Assembly (NCBI GenBank): GCA_002269645.1
Contig: NIVC01004152.1
Span: 1 to 57,664, forward strand
Length of the DNA: 57,664 nt
Reading direction: 5' to 3'
Source: Macrostomum lignano
Lineage: Eukaryota
In this document: positions 27,745 to 42,200 of the stretch, in pieces
How the letters are laid out: each line of letters starts with the position of its first letter
Position numbering within the stretch: the stretch's first letter is position 1
Position numbers and translations under genes: made by a program
The notes under the pieces: generated by a model
What the model was told of the DNA's origin: nothing
The model's database searches: none
The model's input: only the letters and a program-made list of their open reading frames with translations

Positions 27745-27930
27745 GGCCGGGCGTGGGCATGGGCGCGAGCGGGTCCGTGGGAATTGTGTTTAGCCCCTTT
27801 TTGTCCATGGTAATCCGGGGCCGAGGCACCACCTTAATTGTAACTTCCAGAAGCCGATTCTTTAAAACGAACATCGAATTTTCTGATTGGACAAGCCCGA
27901 GATGACTCGCTCGATTCTGATTGGCTGAGC
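27745..27930 (-). promoter_or_regulatory. Candidate RhoA (or RhoA/TRPC divergent) promoter: paired NF-Y CCAAT boxes plus a GC box
   Basis: CTGATTGG twice (ATTGG at 27886-27890 and 27920-27924, 34 bp apart; CCAATCAG on minus) and GGGCGTGGGC near 27750, between the divergent RhoA and TRPC genes. Confidence 0.35.
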
Positions 27931-29619
27931 TCTAAACCTTAAATACTTTTCCACTGGGTGACCTCTCAGATCCCAGGGAACTTGCCAGTTTCGGTCATAA
28001 ATATTGTAATTAAAAGTAGGAATTGAACAAGGAAAAGGCAAGTTTAGATTCGAAATCTTAGGCATTTATATAGGAGCCAAAAATAAGAGCTTGACAATAA
28101 TATTCATAAAAACTGTCAAAAACTAGGTAGAAAAGCTACCAAGATATCCAGCTGCAGATATTCATTTTAAAGATCCCTTTCAGAGACTCCTCGGCACCAA
28201 AAGTGACAGGTAGCTGATTTTAAATCTCTAAATCGGCCCAGACAGGTTGGCCTCTAGACGTTTAGATATAGTATACTCGACTAAACCGAACGCACAGTGC
28301 TGAAAGGGGTTTCACCATAGACAATTGAATTCGGTAGAGAAAATTCCGCGCGAGAAGTAGAAGATAAAGCACGCTTTTCCGGGCACTATTTTTTTAGGGC
28401 CCGAGAGCCGAAAATAAAGCCCGCAACTTGACTAACTGCTTAGAATAGCGGGCAATATAAGGCTCACACCATGATCTATTATAAAATACTCAATTTCTCG
28501 AGAGCAAACCTTCTGTAAACCACTGGATCAGACTCGAGTAGCGGTTGGTTCAAGCCCGCTAAAACTAAAAAAGTTCTTGTACGCTCTTAGGGATATCAAA
28601 GAGGCACCCTGCCTTTCATCAGACTCCGCAATTCGATGCTTGCAAACTTTCATTACGCTCGGTAGCGGCTAAAATCTTTTCCAAACTCATTGTCATAGAC
28701 TAGACTGTATGAAAATATTAAGCAAAGGCGGGGACCGTACTAGGGCTGCTCTACAGATATCCAGCCATTTACATGTACTGTAGGTTTGCAGCCAGCTAGC
28801 TCACTTGGAGACCACACCCATGCTAAATGCGATTTAATGAAAAAAATAATCTGCACTCCCTGCACGCACAAGTTTGACAAATTTCACAAAACTGATATGC
28901 GACTTGCTTTGGTTGAATTTTGTAATCACTTTTAATCGAAGCATAAGTTTACACAATGAAGACGTCACCTTAACCGAAATCAAAAATTGATTTCCTTTCC
29001 TAGAAAACAATTGAAGCAGCTCGCCCTGTTTAGTCAAGCGCAGGACAGGGTGATAGCGGCTTCCTTGTTCAACCAATTTTTCTCAAGCTGTGCTCTTACC
29101 GTGCGACCACACAAAAGGAAATTGTTTGGATAAGGATTGACAAAGGAAGAAGCCGCGCAGGCAAAATGTAGGCTTTTGCTGGCAGAATGCTGGGTGGAGC
29201 AAAAATCCCTTAATCCACCCCCAGCACCTGCGCAACTCAGAATTCTGGCACAGCCAATCCAATCGCCCTCTGCTGCTCTGGGCGGGGTTCGGCAGACAGT
29301 CCTCGGGCGCGGGCCCATCGTTATGCAGATGGAGTTGGGGGAGGGCTCTGGACCAGCTGGGAGAAAAGGCCCTGTGCCAGCAAAACAGGAATGCTCATCG
29401 GCACCGCTGCGACTCGCCCCAAGATGAAGAAATTTCAAAGCTTTGCTAATTGACAGCGATAGGTAAGTCATTATTGGCAGGTTTGACTAATACCATCGCG
29501 TTAATCCACTTTTTTTGAACTTATTTGCACTTGGAGGATTCCCTGAGATATTTTGAAATCGAAATATAATTTTCCTCTTGCATCAAATCTTGAATTAGGG
29601 GATTCTTCATTAAAATCAG

Positions 29620-29975
29620 GGGCTGTGTTCACATTGGAGCACTTTAAGCGACATTGTCACACAACCGGCAAGAGGCATTACTGCCCATTCCGCCGACTCC
29701 CCTGAGCAGGCACACAAGCGTGCGGATACGTACGCAGTCATACGCACAGGCACACATTCACACAGGAGTGTACAGCGGCCCTAACTTTATTTATCGTTAG
29801 GCATGTACACTTCACTGTGCCTTGGGGGTTAGCTCTTGAGAGCATTAATTGTAGCATGAACAATTCCAAGCCGAGATTCCAATTTAGTCCCAAATTAATG
29901 TGACTGCACTTGGAATCGAGCCTGGGCCGCTGGCACATCAAAGCGCCGCGCTAGACCACTGAGCTTAGCCCCCCC
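29620..29975 (-). mobile_element. SINE family B copy
   Basis: Reverse complement reads GGGGGGCTAAGCTCAGTGGTCTAGCG...GGCTCGATTCCAAGTGCAGTCACA followed by the family body. Confidence 0.8.
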
Positions 29976-30275
29976 AAATGAACTAGGGGATACTTTTGAT
30001 TCATGCATGCTTGGACTACTGCAATTACTGAATACAGGCCGGGCTAGTGGCTAAGAGCGCATGAGTCCCACATATCGATCGTCTGAAATACCGCTTAGGC
30101 CGCGGAAATTTTCTAAGGCTTTTACACCCACCACTCTTAAACAAATAGAGACTAATTTCTAAAATTTCTGATTTTCAAACTGCGAGCCACTCATGTATTG
30201 TCCACCTCAATCCGTATTTTAGAGTGGTGTTTTACCCGAGGCCAACTTGCAGCGGACCCGAGCCGCAAGGCAGAC

Positions 30276-33200
30276 ATGGAAAAAGTGTGGCGAGACTACA
30301 AGCGTCAGCAGTCCGGAGGCAATGCAGAGGAGGCCGCCGGCGATGCGGAGGCCGGCGGCGGCGCCACCGTTTTCGACCGCACAATGGAGCTGTCGCAGAT
30401 CATCGAGCAGCTTGGAATCGATTTGGAGGAGGCGGGCGGAGGCGGTGGTGGCGGCGGAGGAGGAAACGGCGGCTCTGGCGCTGCCGGGAGCGCCGCGGGC
30501 GGCCTCTTGCGCAAGGATTTCGACCTCAACATGAACGAGCGGCGCTATCTGCAGGCAGTGGAGCTCGGCGACCTCGCCACGGTTCGGCGCAGCATCGAAA
30601 GCGCCTCCTCGCTAGGCATCAACATCAACTGCCGTGACTCGCTCGGCCGCTCAGCCCTCCACGTCGCCATCGAATACGAGCACATCGAGCTGCTGGAGGT
30701 GCTACTGGCGTACAACTTGGAGCTCGGCGACGCGCTGCTGCACGCCATTCAAGAGGAGAACATCATCGCTGTGGAGATGCTGCTCAGCTCGCAAACCGAG
30801 CGACAGAAAAAGAAGGACTTATCCGTGAGTTTACCATCCGATTTTGACGCTTTTTATTGTCTGCATTTCTACTTTACGAGTATCGTCTTAGCCTGTGCAT
30901 CGAACTTAAGCTCAAACGTAATTATTTGACGGGGGAGAATGCAGAAAAAAAATCTTTCTATGGCTGATCTGGCTTAGTGCTCATTTATCACCACATACGA
31001 GTAAGTACCCTAAAGCATACTCTGGCGACCCCATGACACCCCTTCAATAATGATTACGAGCTCGCATTTTATTAGCTGGAGGGCTTTGGGCACCCCGGCA
31101 ACATTGTTTCGCAAACTGTGGCAGGGGCGTAGCCAGGAATTTTGATTGGGGGGCCGTGAGTTAGGGGGCGCCATCTTCTTATAGGGGGGGCGCCAGTTTC
31201 TTTTAGGGGGGGGCGCCAGTTTCTTTTAGGGGGGCGCCAGTTTCTTTTAGGAGGGGGGGGCGCCAGTTTCTTTTAGGGGGGCGCCAGTTTCTTATAGGGG
31301 GCGCCAGTTTCTTTTAGGGGGGCGCCAGTTTCTTATAGGGGGCGCTAGTTTCTTTTAGGAGGGGGCGCCAGTTTCTTTTAGGGGGGGGGGGCGCCAGTTT
31401 CTTTTAGGGGGGGGGCGCCAGTTTCTTTTAGGGGGAGGGGGGCGCCAAGGCCAGAGTTGGTGATTATGGGGGGCCACGCCCCCCCTTGCCCCCCCTCTGG
31501 CTACGCCCCTGAACTGTGGTGAGACGATTCTAATCGTTCCGTTGACCCTTGAGCACCAGGCACAGTGTATCAGATATAGTGGCCTGCACGGGTGTGAATT
31601 GCACAAACTAATGGGCTAAATTTCGTGCAGACAAGCCCCAAATGAATGTGGCTACGCACGGAATCGAACCCCAGGTCGTGGCGCGAGAGTCAAACGCGTA
31701 GTAACATTTAGACTTCAGAATGAAGGGACAATCGCTCCATAAGAAGTTTTACCTGGGCGGTTCCGAATGGATTATTAAATCATTGTCATTGTTGCACGAA
31801 ATCATTGCCAATTAACTGCGGCAAAATTACAGTCGGATAACTGCCGCAGCTCCGCTCCATCCATGGCCTACTTGCAAATCAGAGATTGGGAGCGCATTGC
31901 CGGTCGCTTGCGATCCAAGTTTTCTTTGCTAGTAAATTTTGCTTTTTTCTTAACTATTCGTTTCTCTTTTCCTTCAGCCTGCTTAGCTTTATGTGTTTAA
32001 GAATTCAGTTAAAGGGTTCAGTCACACGAGTTGTTATGTTGAAGCTGACCGGCATGGAAGCAGTGTCACGCCTGGTTGCAAACTGCTCAAATTCCTCTAC
32101 TCATATTTTCCGTTGTAGAATTTTATTTATTTTCTTTTTTCTTTTCCATTCCGCTTAGAAGGCGTTCAGATTTCGCTGGAGGCTGCCGGTTTTCACTGCG
32201 AACTGCACTGGCGAGATGGGAAGTTTTCAGGTTCTGAGCACTGAATTCCCAATATCTCACCTGCTGGACTCCCGAATTGCAAATGCAGCCAGCAGGTGTT
32301 TTGTCCGAGCTGCGCTCACAAGTTTAAAAAGTAAAGATTGAAAAGCTTTGCGCCGCTCAAAATACATACAGACAGGAACAGCAGAAAGTTCACGGGAGCT
32401 TTGCTTGTTTGCCCGTCTCTGGTAGCAGTTCATGAAGAATGTGCATTGCAAGCCTGATAAACCTGTGAAGCAACCTTTTAAAAGCACTTCATTTGTAATC
32501 CGGAAGTCCAGAAGGAGAGATATTGTATATGTTTAGTGCTAAAAATCTTCAATCATCTTATCTTAAGATATGGGGTTGTAGCCTGGTGGTTAGAGCGTCG
32601 GACTCACGACTGAAAGGTCGGGGGTTCGATTCTCGACTCACCAGGAGCAATTTGTGTCCTTGATCACGGCACTTAACTCTGCATTGCTTCACTTCACCCA
32701 GCTGTAAAATGGGTGCCAGCATTAGCTGGGGTAACTGAGGGTGTGTGTGGCGACGCCGCCCCCCCCCCCCTAGTCCTTGGACTGAACAGCCGTACGCAGC
32801 CTTCAGATGCGCCGCGCAATAGCTGCGGCTGAGCTGTCGGTTACAAATCTGACCATTAGGGCAGTTATAATCAATTATTATTTTATATATTTTTAAGTTG
32901 ATGCATTTCACCGTGAAAATCGGCCTACAGCAAAATTCACAATATCTGCGAGCCTAGCGTCTTTTAATTCAGTTGACCTGTCCATGAAACCACCAACAGC
33001 CTCCGATCCTCTAACCGCAGGGCCTCCTCGGCACAACACCGTCCAGCAGTTTCACGCCGGACGTCACGCCGATCATCCTGGCCGCCCAGATCGATAACTA
33101 CGAGATCATCAAGCTGCTGCTGGACCGCGGCGACCGCGTACCCAAGCCGCACGAACTGCGCTGCGCTTGCGTCGACTGCGTCAGGGCGCACAAGGAGGAC

Positions 33201-36200
33201 AGTCTGCAGCACTCGAAATCGCGCATCAACGCCTACAAAGCCCTGGCCAGCCCGTCGCTGATTGCCCTGTCTAGCAAGGATCCGATTCTGACAGCCTTCG
33301 AGCTCAGCTGGGAGATGCACCGACTCGGCCGGCTCGAGCACGAGTTCCGCGAGGAGTACGAGAACCTGTCGGCCGATTGTCAGAAGTTTGCCACGGCTCT
33401 GCTGGAGCAGACTCGCAGTTCCGAGGAGCTGGCCATCGTGCTTAACCAGGACGCCGGACAGGGCAACGCAAAGCTCAACGACAAAACCCTTACGGAGGGT
33501 GAGAGGATGAACTTGGCCCGACTCAAGATGGCCATCAAGTACAAGCAGAAGAAGGTTAGTTCGACGCTGTCCCGTTCCGTCCCGTTCCGTCCCGTTCCGT
33601 CCCGTTCCGTCCCGTTCCGTCCCGTTCCGTCCCGTTCCGTCCCGTTCCGTCCCGTTCCGTCCCGTTCCGTCCCGTTCCGTCCCGTTCCGTCCCGTTCCGT
33701 CCCGTTCCGTCCCGTTCCGTCCCGTTCCGTCCCGTTCCGTCCCGTTCCGTCCCGTTCCGTCCCGTTCCGTCCCGTTCCGTCCCGTTCCGTCCCGTTCCGT
33801 CCCGTTCCGTCCCGTTCCGTCCCGTTCCGTCCCGTTTCTGTCTCTGGTCTTTACGCAGTCTTTGTTGGAATCAAGCTCAGTTGAGCGTATAGATGAAACT
33901 TCATAGCAGAAAGAATTATCCAAGTGCTTTTTTAATTTCACCCCTCAGTTCGTGGCCCATCCGCACTGCCAGCAGTTGCTAGCCGCACTCTGGTACGAAG
34001 GCCTACCCGGTTTCCGTCGGAAGCACATGTTCTTTCAAATGGGCATGATTGGCACCTTTGCCGGGATTTTCCCGCTGCTGTCAATGGTCTACCTGGTGGC
34101 GCCTCGATCGGAGCTGGGACAGAAGATGCGAAAGCCGTTTATTAAATTCATCTGCCACAGCGCCTCCTACATGTTATTCCTCGGCTTTCTGGTGCTGGCT
34201 GCCATCCGGGTTGAAGATCTCATCATGGACACCCTGGAGGAGAAAATGCAGGAGAGAGGCGGTGCGCCGAGCATTGTAGAATGGATCATTGTGATCTATA
34301 TCCTAGGTGAGATGCTCTGTGCCATGCCATCTAGATATGGTGGAATGGACCATTGTGATCTATGCCCTAGGTGAGATGCTCTGTGCCATGCCATCTAGAT
34401 ATGGTGGAATGGACCATTGTGATCTATGTCCTAGGTGAGATGCTCTGTGCCATGCCATCTAGATATGGTGGAATGGACCATTGTGATCTATGTCCTAGGT
34501 GAGATGCTCTGTGCCATGCCATCTAGATATGGTGGAATGGACCATTGTGATCTATGTCCTAGGTGAGATGCTCTGTGCCATGCCATCTAGATATGGTGGA
34601 ATGGACCATTGTGATCTATGTCCTAGGTGAGATGCTCTGTGCCATGCCATCTAGATATGGTGGAATGGACCATTGTGATCTATGTCCTAGGTGAGATGCT
34701 CTGTGCCATGCCATCTAGATATGGTGGAATGGACCATTGTGATCTATGTCCTAGGTGAGATGCTCTGTGCCATGCCATCTAGATATGGTGGAATAGACCA
34801 TTGTGATCTATGTCCTAGGTGAGATGCTCTGTGCCATGCCATCTAGATATGGTGGAATGGACCATTGTGATCTATGTCCTTGTCATAGCAAAGCGGTGGG
34901 ACGATCTTAATAAATAAAAATAATTGATTAAACCTGCACTAATGGCTAGATGTGCAACCGACAGCTCAGCCGCAGCTATTGCGCGGCGCATCTGAAGGCT
35001 GCGTACGGCTGTTCAGTCGCCCATGGTGACAGTCTTGAAAAGTTTATACCCTCAGTCCATGCATCCAAAATCCAGCAGTGGGGCAAATCCAATCAAACGC
35101 GTTGGGCGTGGTCGAGCCAAGCCATACGCCAAGCATTCTCTTGTCTCTACGAATGGACTTTGCTAGCCAAGCAAGCAGGAGCGGCCAACGCCCACGTCTG
35201 CGTCATAATTTCAATAGAAATATTGTCAATAATAACGATAGAAGAATTGAGTACATTAGTATGTGGGCTAATACGCTAGTTAGTGATAAACATGTGTTAC
35301 AGGTTAGATTACATTATGCAACTTTAAATTGGGGCGACTTTCGAATGTTAAAAAATCAAACAGATTCTTTGGAGGGTTTTAAATGAAGGATAAAAATACA
35401 CCGGGAAAGGGGGCAGACTGTAACAACGTTTTCTGAGAACAGTGGAGAGTAGTTCTGAAAGAATAGAACGCACTGATGGTAATTTAATCGGTAGATAAGC
35501 CTTGATCCATCGCGTGCTGGGCCAAGGACTACACTAGTACCGATTGCTATCTAGCAGTCCTTGGAATTAGGTGAACCGGGCAGGGCCACTCAATATTGCA
35601 TTGGCAGTAAATGAGGGATAATTAAACCTATCGAGCATGCATTCAGCAGCTTCTTTTGGCCGCCCAGCCCGTCCGGGGAAACCGGCTGGCAAGCATAAAA
35701 ACCACACCCAGATTCCCTCTCCTTTCTTACATCGCTTTTGTCCACCTCTCTCGCTCCCTTCTATTGAGGCAGACAGATGGAGAAAGAGGGGGGGATTAAA
35801 TTGAAGCTCGGTTCTCCCCGAGCTAGCTGGCCCCAATTTGGCATTCATGTCTGGGCGTGGCAGATTTGAATCGAATTCCAATTCCCATTTCCCCCCCCCC
35901 CAACTGCCTCGCTTTCCCCCATATCCGGCTGTGAGGCCCCTGCCTCAAAGATAATCTACCTTTGGCTTCCCGTAGTTGCGGCAAGCAAATGCCATCGTTT
36001 TATTGCTTCTCTCCTAACTGCTAAATCGTAACACGCTATGATGGTTGCTATGTAGCGGTGATTTACAACCTAATACCAGACTTTAACAATTGATCATCTA
36101 CGAATTACTACCATTCATTGATTTTATATACATGCCTAATCATTTAAACGCCCACATGCACCTGTATATTCTCTCACCTATCTACTCTCACCTGTTTACT

Positions 36201-39200
36201 GTCTCCCCTGTCTACTCTCTTACCTGTCTACTCATCTCCGCCTACTCTCTCACCTCTCCACACTCTCACCTGTCTACCTACTGTATTTATCTATCAGAAA
36301 TTTTCTTATCAAACTCTGCTAATTGCCACCCACAGGCTTTGTCTGGCAGGAGATCAAACAGCTCTGGGGCGAGGGCATCAAAGCGTACGTGACTGATATG
36401 TGGAACCTGCTGGATTTCATCACCAATGCTCTGTACGTGGCCACCATCACACTGCGAGGAGTATCTTATTATAGGGTGAGTGCCTCTGCTCAGGAAATCC
36501 GGGAGCATGCAGCTTTGGAAGCATGTAACTTAGGAAACATGTAGCTTAGGGAACATGTAGCTTAGGGAACATATAGCTTAGAGAACATGTAGCTTACGGA
36601 ACATGTAGCTTAGGGAACATGCAGCTTGGGAAACTTGCAGCTTAGGGAACATGTAGTTTTGAGAACATGTAGCTTAGGGAACATGTAGCTTACGGAACAT
36701 TTAGCTTAGAGAACATGCAGCTTAGGGAAAATTTAGCTTAGAGAACATGTAGCTTAGGGAACATGTAGCTTAGAGAACATGTAGCTTAGGGAACATGTAG
36801 CTTACGGAACATGTAGCTTACGGAACATGCAGCTTAGAGAACATGTAGCTTAGGGAACATGTAGCTTACGGAACATTTAGCTTAGAGAACATGTAGCTTA
36901 GGGAACATGCAGCTTAGGGAACATGTAGCTTAGGGAACATGTAGCTTAGGGAACATGCAGCTTAGGGAAAATTTAGCTTAGATAACATGTAGCTTAGGGA
37001 ACATGTAGCTTAGGGAACATGCAGCTTAGGGAAAATTTAGCTTAGAGAACATGTAGCTTAGGGAACATGCAGCTTAGGGAACATGTAGCTTAAGGAACAT
37101 GCAGCTTAGGGAACATGTAGCTTACGGAACATTTAGCTTAGAGAACATGTAGCTTAGGGAACATGTAGCTTAGGGAACATGTAGCTTAGGGAAAATGCAG
37201 CTTAGGGAACATGTAGCTTACGGAACATGCAGCTTAGAGAACATGTAGCTTAGGGAACATGCAGCTTAGAGAACATGCAGCTTAGGGAACATGCAGTTTA
37301 GGGAACATGCAGTTTTATTTTTGCTAACATTATTTATGCAAGGAAAAGTTTTTTGTGGATCGATTTAAGATAACTCTGGGCAAATTGTCGCAAGTTTTCG
37401 TCAGTTGATGCCTATAAAACAAGAAGCCAAAGGAGAATGCGAGCTATCTCGGGTTGTCAGGAGCGGGTCAGTTTCCAGGTTTTTGGCTGGGAGAAGCAAC
37501 AGTAAGCCTTGCTGTCACTGAGTGAGAAATTTCCTTGCAGAGCAAAAGTGGCCCATGCGTGGGCGCGGACTAGCTGTCCATAGCGCAATTAATCACGGAT
37601 TAGGTAATTGGGAGACAATCTCATAGTCGTTGCTGGAGGTACCAGCATATTCGCCATCTGCATTAAGTTATGTTCCTATGCTTACAGAAGTAAAGCTTTC
37701 AGCAGCAGCTTTTATCCTACGCTCTTATTTCGTCCAGGTGAGGAGATTAAGTACTTGTGCACTTTTATTGTGAATGGCGGAGCTGTCAAACTAAATACTG
37801 GATGGCCGATTCTTCGCCTCTCACTTCGATTCGTCAAAATCAAACAAATATTGAAACTGGAACTCGACTCTCAGTTCCGCCTGCGTGCATGCACATCTCA
37901 CCCGATAGCTGCTTTGTCTGTGTTGACAGTGCTAAGTGCCGCATTTACCCTTCAGTGCAAACTAGCCTTTACGAGCTATACCCATCGACTGTGCTATCCG
38001 AAGCTGTCTTAAAAGCTGTTTTTTCCCGCAATGATACAGCCTGATAGCTATTACAAGCGTAGATAGTAAAAACTTTTAACTACTTTTAAAAAATTCAGAC
38101 TAAAATGTTTTTGGAAAGCCTCGTGTTTCGTGTTCCCAGGTCAGCGCTAGTAACTTTACAGCTGAAAAATTTGAAAAAAAAGTTTAAAATTATTAAGATC
38201 TGTAGTTTTCAGCAGCAATGGCAGGGAAACCGTCAGCTACAGAAGTAGGGCAACCGTCAGCTACAGAAGTAGGGCAACCGTCAGCTTCAGAAGTAGGGAA
38301 ACCGTCAGCTACAGAAGTAGGGCAACCGTCAGCTACAGAAGTATGGCAACCGTCAGCTTCAGAAGTAGGGCAACCGTCAGCTTCAGAAGTAGGGAAACCG
38401 TCAGCTTCAGAAGTAGGGCAACCGTCAGCTACAGAAGTAGGGCAACCGTCAGCTACAGAAGTATGGCAACCGTCAGCTATAGAAGTTGGGCAACAGAAGT
38501 AGGGCAACCGTCAGCTATAGAAGTTGGGCAACAGAAGTAGGGAAACCGTCAGCTACAGGAGTAGAGCAACCGTCAGCTTCAGAAGTAGGGCAACCGTCAG
38601 CTACAGAAGTAGGGCAACCGTCAGCTACAGAAGTAGGGCAACCGTCAGCTACAGAAGTATGGCAACCGTCAGCTATAGAAGTTGGGCAACAGAAGTAGGG
38701 CAACCGTCAGCTATAGAAGTTGGGCAACAGAAGTAGGACAACCGTCAGCTACAGAAGTAGGGCAACCGTCAGCTACAGAAGTATGGCAACCGTCAGCTAT
38801 AGAAGTTGGGCAACAGAAGTAGGGCAACCGTTAGCTACAGAAGTGGGGCAACCGCCAGCTACAGAAGTAGGGCAACCGTCAGCTACAGAAGTAGGGCAAC
38901 CGCCAGCTACAGGAGTAAGGGCAGTAGGGCAGTACATCAATAGGGCTCTCCTTCACCACAACGTCGCCAAAATGCCAACCTTCCAATTCATCCAGGTGCA
39001 CCAGAACTCGGAGCTGCGCAGCCTACACCGCAAGTACTGGGACGCGTACGACCCAACTCTGATCTCGGAGTGCCTATTTGCCATAGCGAACATCTTCTCA
39101 ATGCTGAAACTGGTTAACATCTTTACTATTAATCCTCACCTGGGTCCGCTGCAGATCTCGCTAGGCCGCATGCTAAATGATATTCTGAAATTCCTGTTCG

Positions 39201-42200
39201 TTGTGGTGCTAGTGATCTGCTCGTTTGCTTGCGGCTTCAACCAGCTCTACTGGTTCTACGCCTATCAGAGGAATAAGTATTGTCAGGATAACAAATTCTA
39301 CTTCGGCATCACGGGAACCGACTTGGACAAGTACAGCTACTGCGTGACAAGGGGACGGACCTTTTCCAAGTGAGTCTTTCTTTGATGGACACTGGCAACT
39401 GAAGTATTTTCAAATGCAGAGACTGCACAGACAGACAATTTTTGAAAGCTAAAATTGACAGTAAAGTAAGATGAGAGAAGTGCAAATAAGCAGTGCAAAA
39501 TGAGAGAGATGGACGACTGTGAGTAAAGTACAGTTTTGGGTTTATTTGCTGTTCCGCTTGAGTTCGCTTCAGCGCTATCTAAACATGACAATGCCAAACA
39601 TACATGTACATGCTGGTAGTGGGTTGAAGTAAATAGCGAGAGCTGATGAGGGAGCGAGGCTGAAGTGGATGAGGAAAAACTAGATGAGACAGACTAGATG
39701 AGAGAGACTAGATGAGGGAGAGACTAGATGAGGGAGAGACTAGATGAGGGACAGACTAGATGAGGTAGAGACTAGATGAGGGAGAGACTAGATGAGGGAG
39801 AGACTAGATGAGGGAGACTAGATGAGGGAGAGACTAGATGAGGGAGAGACTAGATGAGGGAGAGACTAGATGAGGGAGAGACTAGATGAGGGAGAGACTA
39901 GATGAGGGAGAGACTAGATGAGGGAGAGACTAGATGAGGGAGAGACTAGATGAGGGAGAGACTAGAGGGAAAGAGAAAAGAACAGAGAAATCAATTGCGT
40001 CATCACTCTAACCGACTTGATGTGAGTATTGAATTATAAGTGCTAAAATTCATGTCATCGATGTGAAGAGACTGAACTGCTAATGCAGCAATCTGGGTTC
40101 GAATTTTGATAGCGTAATTTTGCATTAAAAGCTTTAAAGGAAAACTTTAAGTTTAACCGACTTAACGAAAGAAAGAATAAAAGAATCGCCATGTGAACCA
40201 TAAAAACTCATTGGGTTTCTGCTAAGATGTCCAGGCTCATATGGGGTTGAATTACGAGTTTTCATGGCTCATGGGGGAATTGCTAAGATTTCAATGGCTC
40301 ATGGGGGAATTGCTGAAATGCTGTGGCTCAAGGCTCATGGAGGAATTGCTAAGATGTCAAGGCTCATGGGAAATCGCCGAAATGCTTGGCTCATTGGGGA
40401 TTGCTCAGATACCATGAGCCAAAGCTCATAGGGATCTGATATCTTAGTCTAGATAGCTGGCTACCAGAGCAGTGCTTTTCTGCTTTAGAAAATCATTTTC
40501 CTCTAAAAATGCAAAAAATGATAACTGTACAAGATCATAACCTACGTGTAGTTTATTCAAACACAAGCTGTTGAAACCCGCGGATTTTGAACCCGGGGAA
40601 TTCCAATCCCTGGAACTACTTTTGCATGTATTCTGAAATCTAAGGCAATACACAAACAAAAACTTGTTAATAGTTAGTAAGATAGAGGTGGACATAAAAT
40701 GGAGCACATTCGTGTAAAATTAGGGTTTGAGCCTGAGGCAAACATTGATATTGTTGGCTGGGGGTACTCCGCAGAATGTCAGGCAATGTCTGTCTGACTC
40801 TAAAACATGTATTGGCAAACTCTGGCCTCTCCCTGACTCTCCCTATGTCCCTTGGATCCTTTAAAATTTCTATCGTCTCTTCTGTTTCCTTTCTTCTCTC
40901 TCATCCCTCGTCTCTACTCTTTCCTCTCTCTTCTCTCCTCTCTTCTCTCGTATCTTCCCTCATCTCTTCCCTATTCTTTTCTCTCTCCTCTCCTCTCTCC
41001 TTTCTACTTTTCGTTTTCTCTCTGCTCTCCTCTCTCCTCTCAACTCTTTCGTTTTCTCTCTCCTCTCCTCTCCTCTCTCCTCTCTCCCATCTTCTTTCGT
41101 ATCCTCCCTCATCTTTCTTCTCTTTCATATCTCTTATCTTATCTCTTCCCTCTTCTTTTCTCTCTCCTCTCCTCTCTCCTCTCTCCCCTCTTCTCTCGTC
41201 TCTTCCTTCTCCTCTCTATTCTTTTTTCTCATCTCTTAACTCTCTCCTTTACTCTCTCATCTCTCCTCTCTATCTCTACTCTTTCCTCTCTCTCTCATCT
41301 CTCCCCTCTTCTCTCGTCTCTTCCCTCACATCTTTCCTCTCTCTCTTTCCTTTTATCTCTTTTCTTGTTTTATCTCTTCTCTCTCCCCTCGTCGCTCGTC
41401 TTTTCCCTCACCTCTCTTCTCTCTCGTCTGCTCTTTCATCTCTCCTTTCTCTTCTTTTATCTTTTCTCTCTTATCTCTTCTCGTTTCTCTCTGCTCTGCG
41501 CTCTCTCTCTCTCTCTTTCTCCCTCTCTCTCTCTCTTATCTCTCCTCTCCCGTCTCTCGTCTGTTCACCCTCATCTCTTCTCTCTCATCTGTCATCTTTA
41601 CTCTCTTATACGTTCTCTCACTTATCTCCTCTGTACTCTTCTCTTTCACCTCTTCTGACTCCTCTCTTTCCTTTCTCCTTTCTCCTCTCCTCTTCTCTTC
41701 TCTTCCCTCTTCTATACTGTCTCCCTCTCTTGTCTGCTCTCGTCTCTCTGCACTCTCCTCTCACCTTTTTCATCTCTCATCTTTACTCTCTCATCTCTCC
41801 TTTAATCTGTCTCATCTCTACAATCTCATCTCTCCTTTCTCCCCTCTTCTTACACCCCTCTTATCTCTATCTCTTCTCTTCTCACTCCTCTCTCCCCTCT
41901 TATCTCATTTCTTCTCTATCCTTTCTACTCTCTCCTCTCTAATCTCTCCTCTCCTCTTGACCCTCTGTCATCTTCTTTCTGCTCTCTCATATCTTCTCTC
42001 TTCTCACTCTTCTCTATTCTCCTCTCATCGATCCTCTGTCTCATCTCTACCCTCTTCTCACATTTACTCATCTCTACTCTCTTCTCACTCTTCTCTATTC
42101 TCCTCTCATCGATCCTCTGTCTCATCTCTCCTCTCTTCTCACATTTACTCTTTCCTCTCCCTCCTTTCTCCCCTCCTCTCGCTTCTTCCTCCCTTCTTCT

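Noticed and set aside
32572-32645. tRNA gene
   Set aside because: A and B boxes are present but the anticodon and acceptor stems pair poorly, and it continues into a body repeated four times in the window; it is a SINE head. The same applies to B-box-like fragments at about 2330, 31665 and 55705.
34272-34880. CRISPR-like array (also considered for the 27-, 38- and 42-bp arrays)
   Set aside because: Units are contiguous with no unique spacers, there are no cas genes, and the context is eukaryotic.
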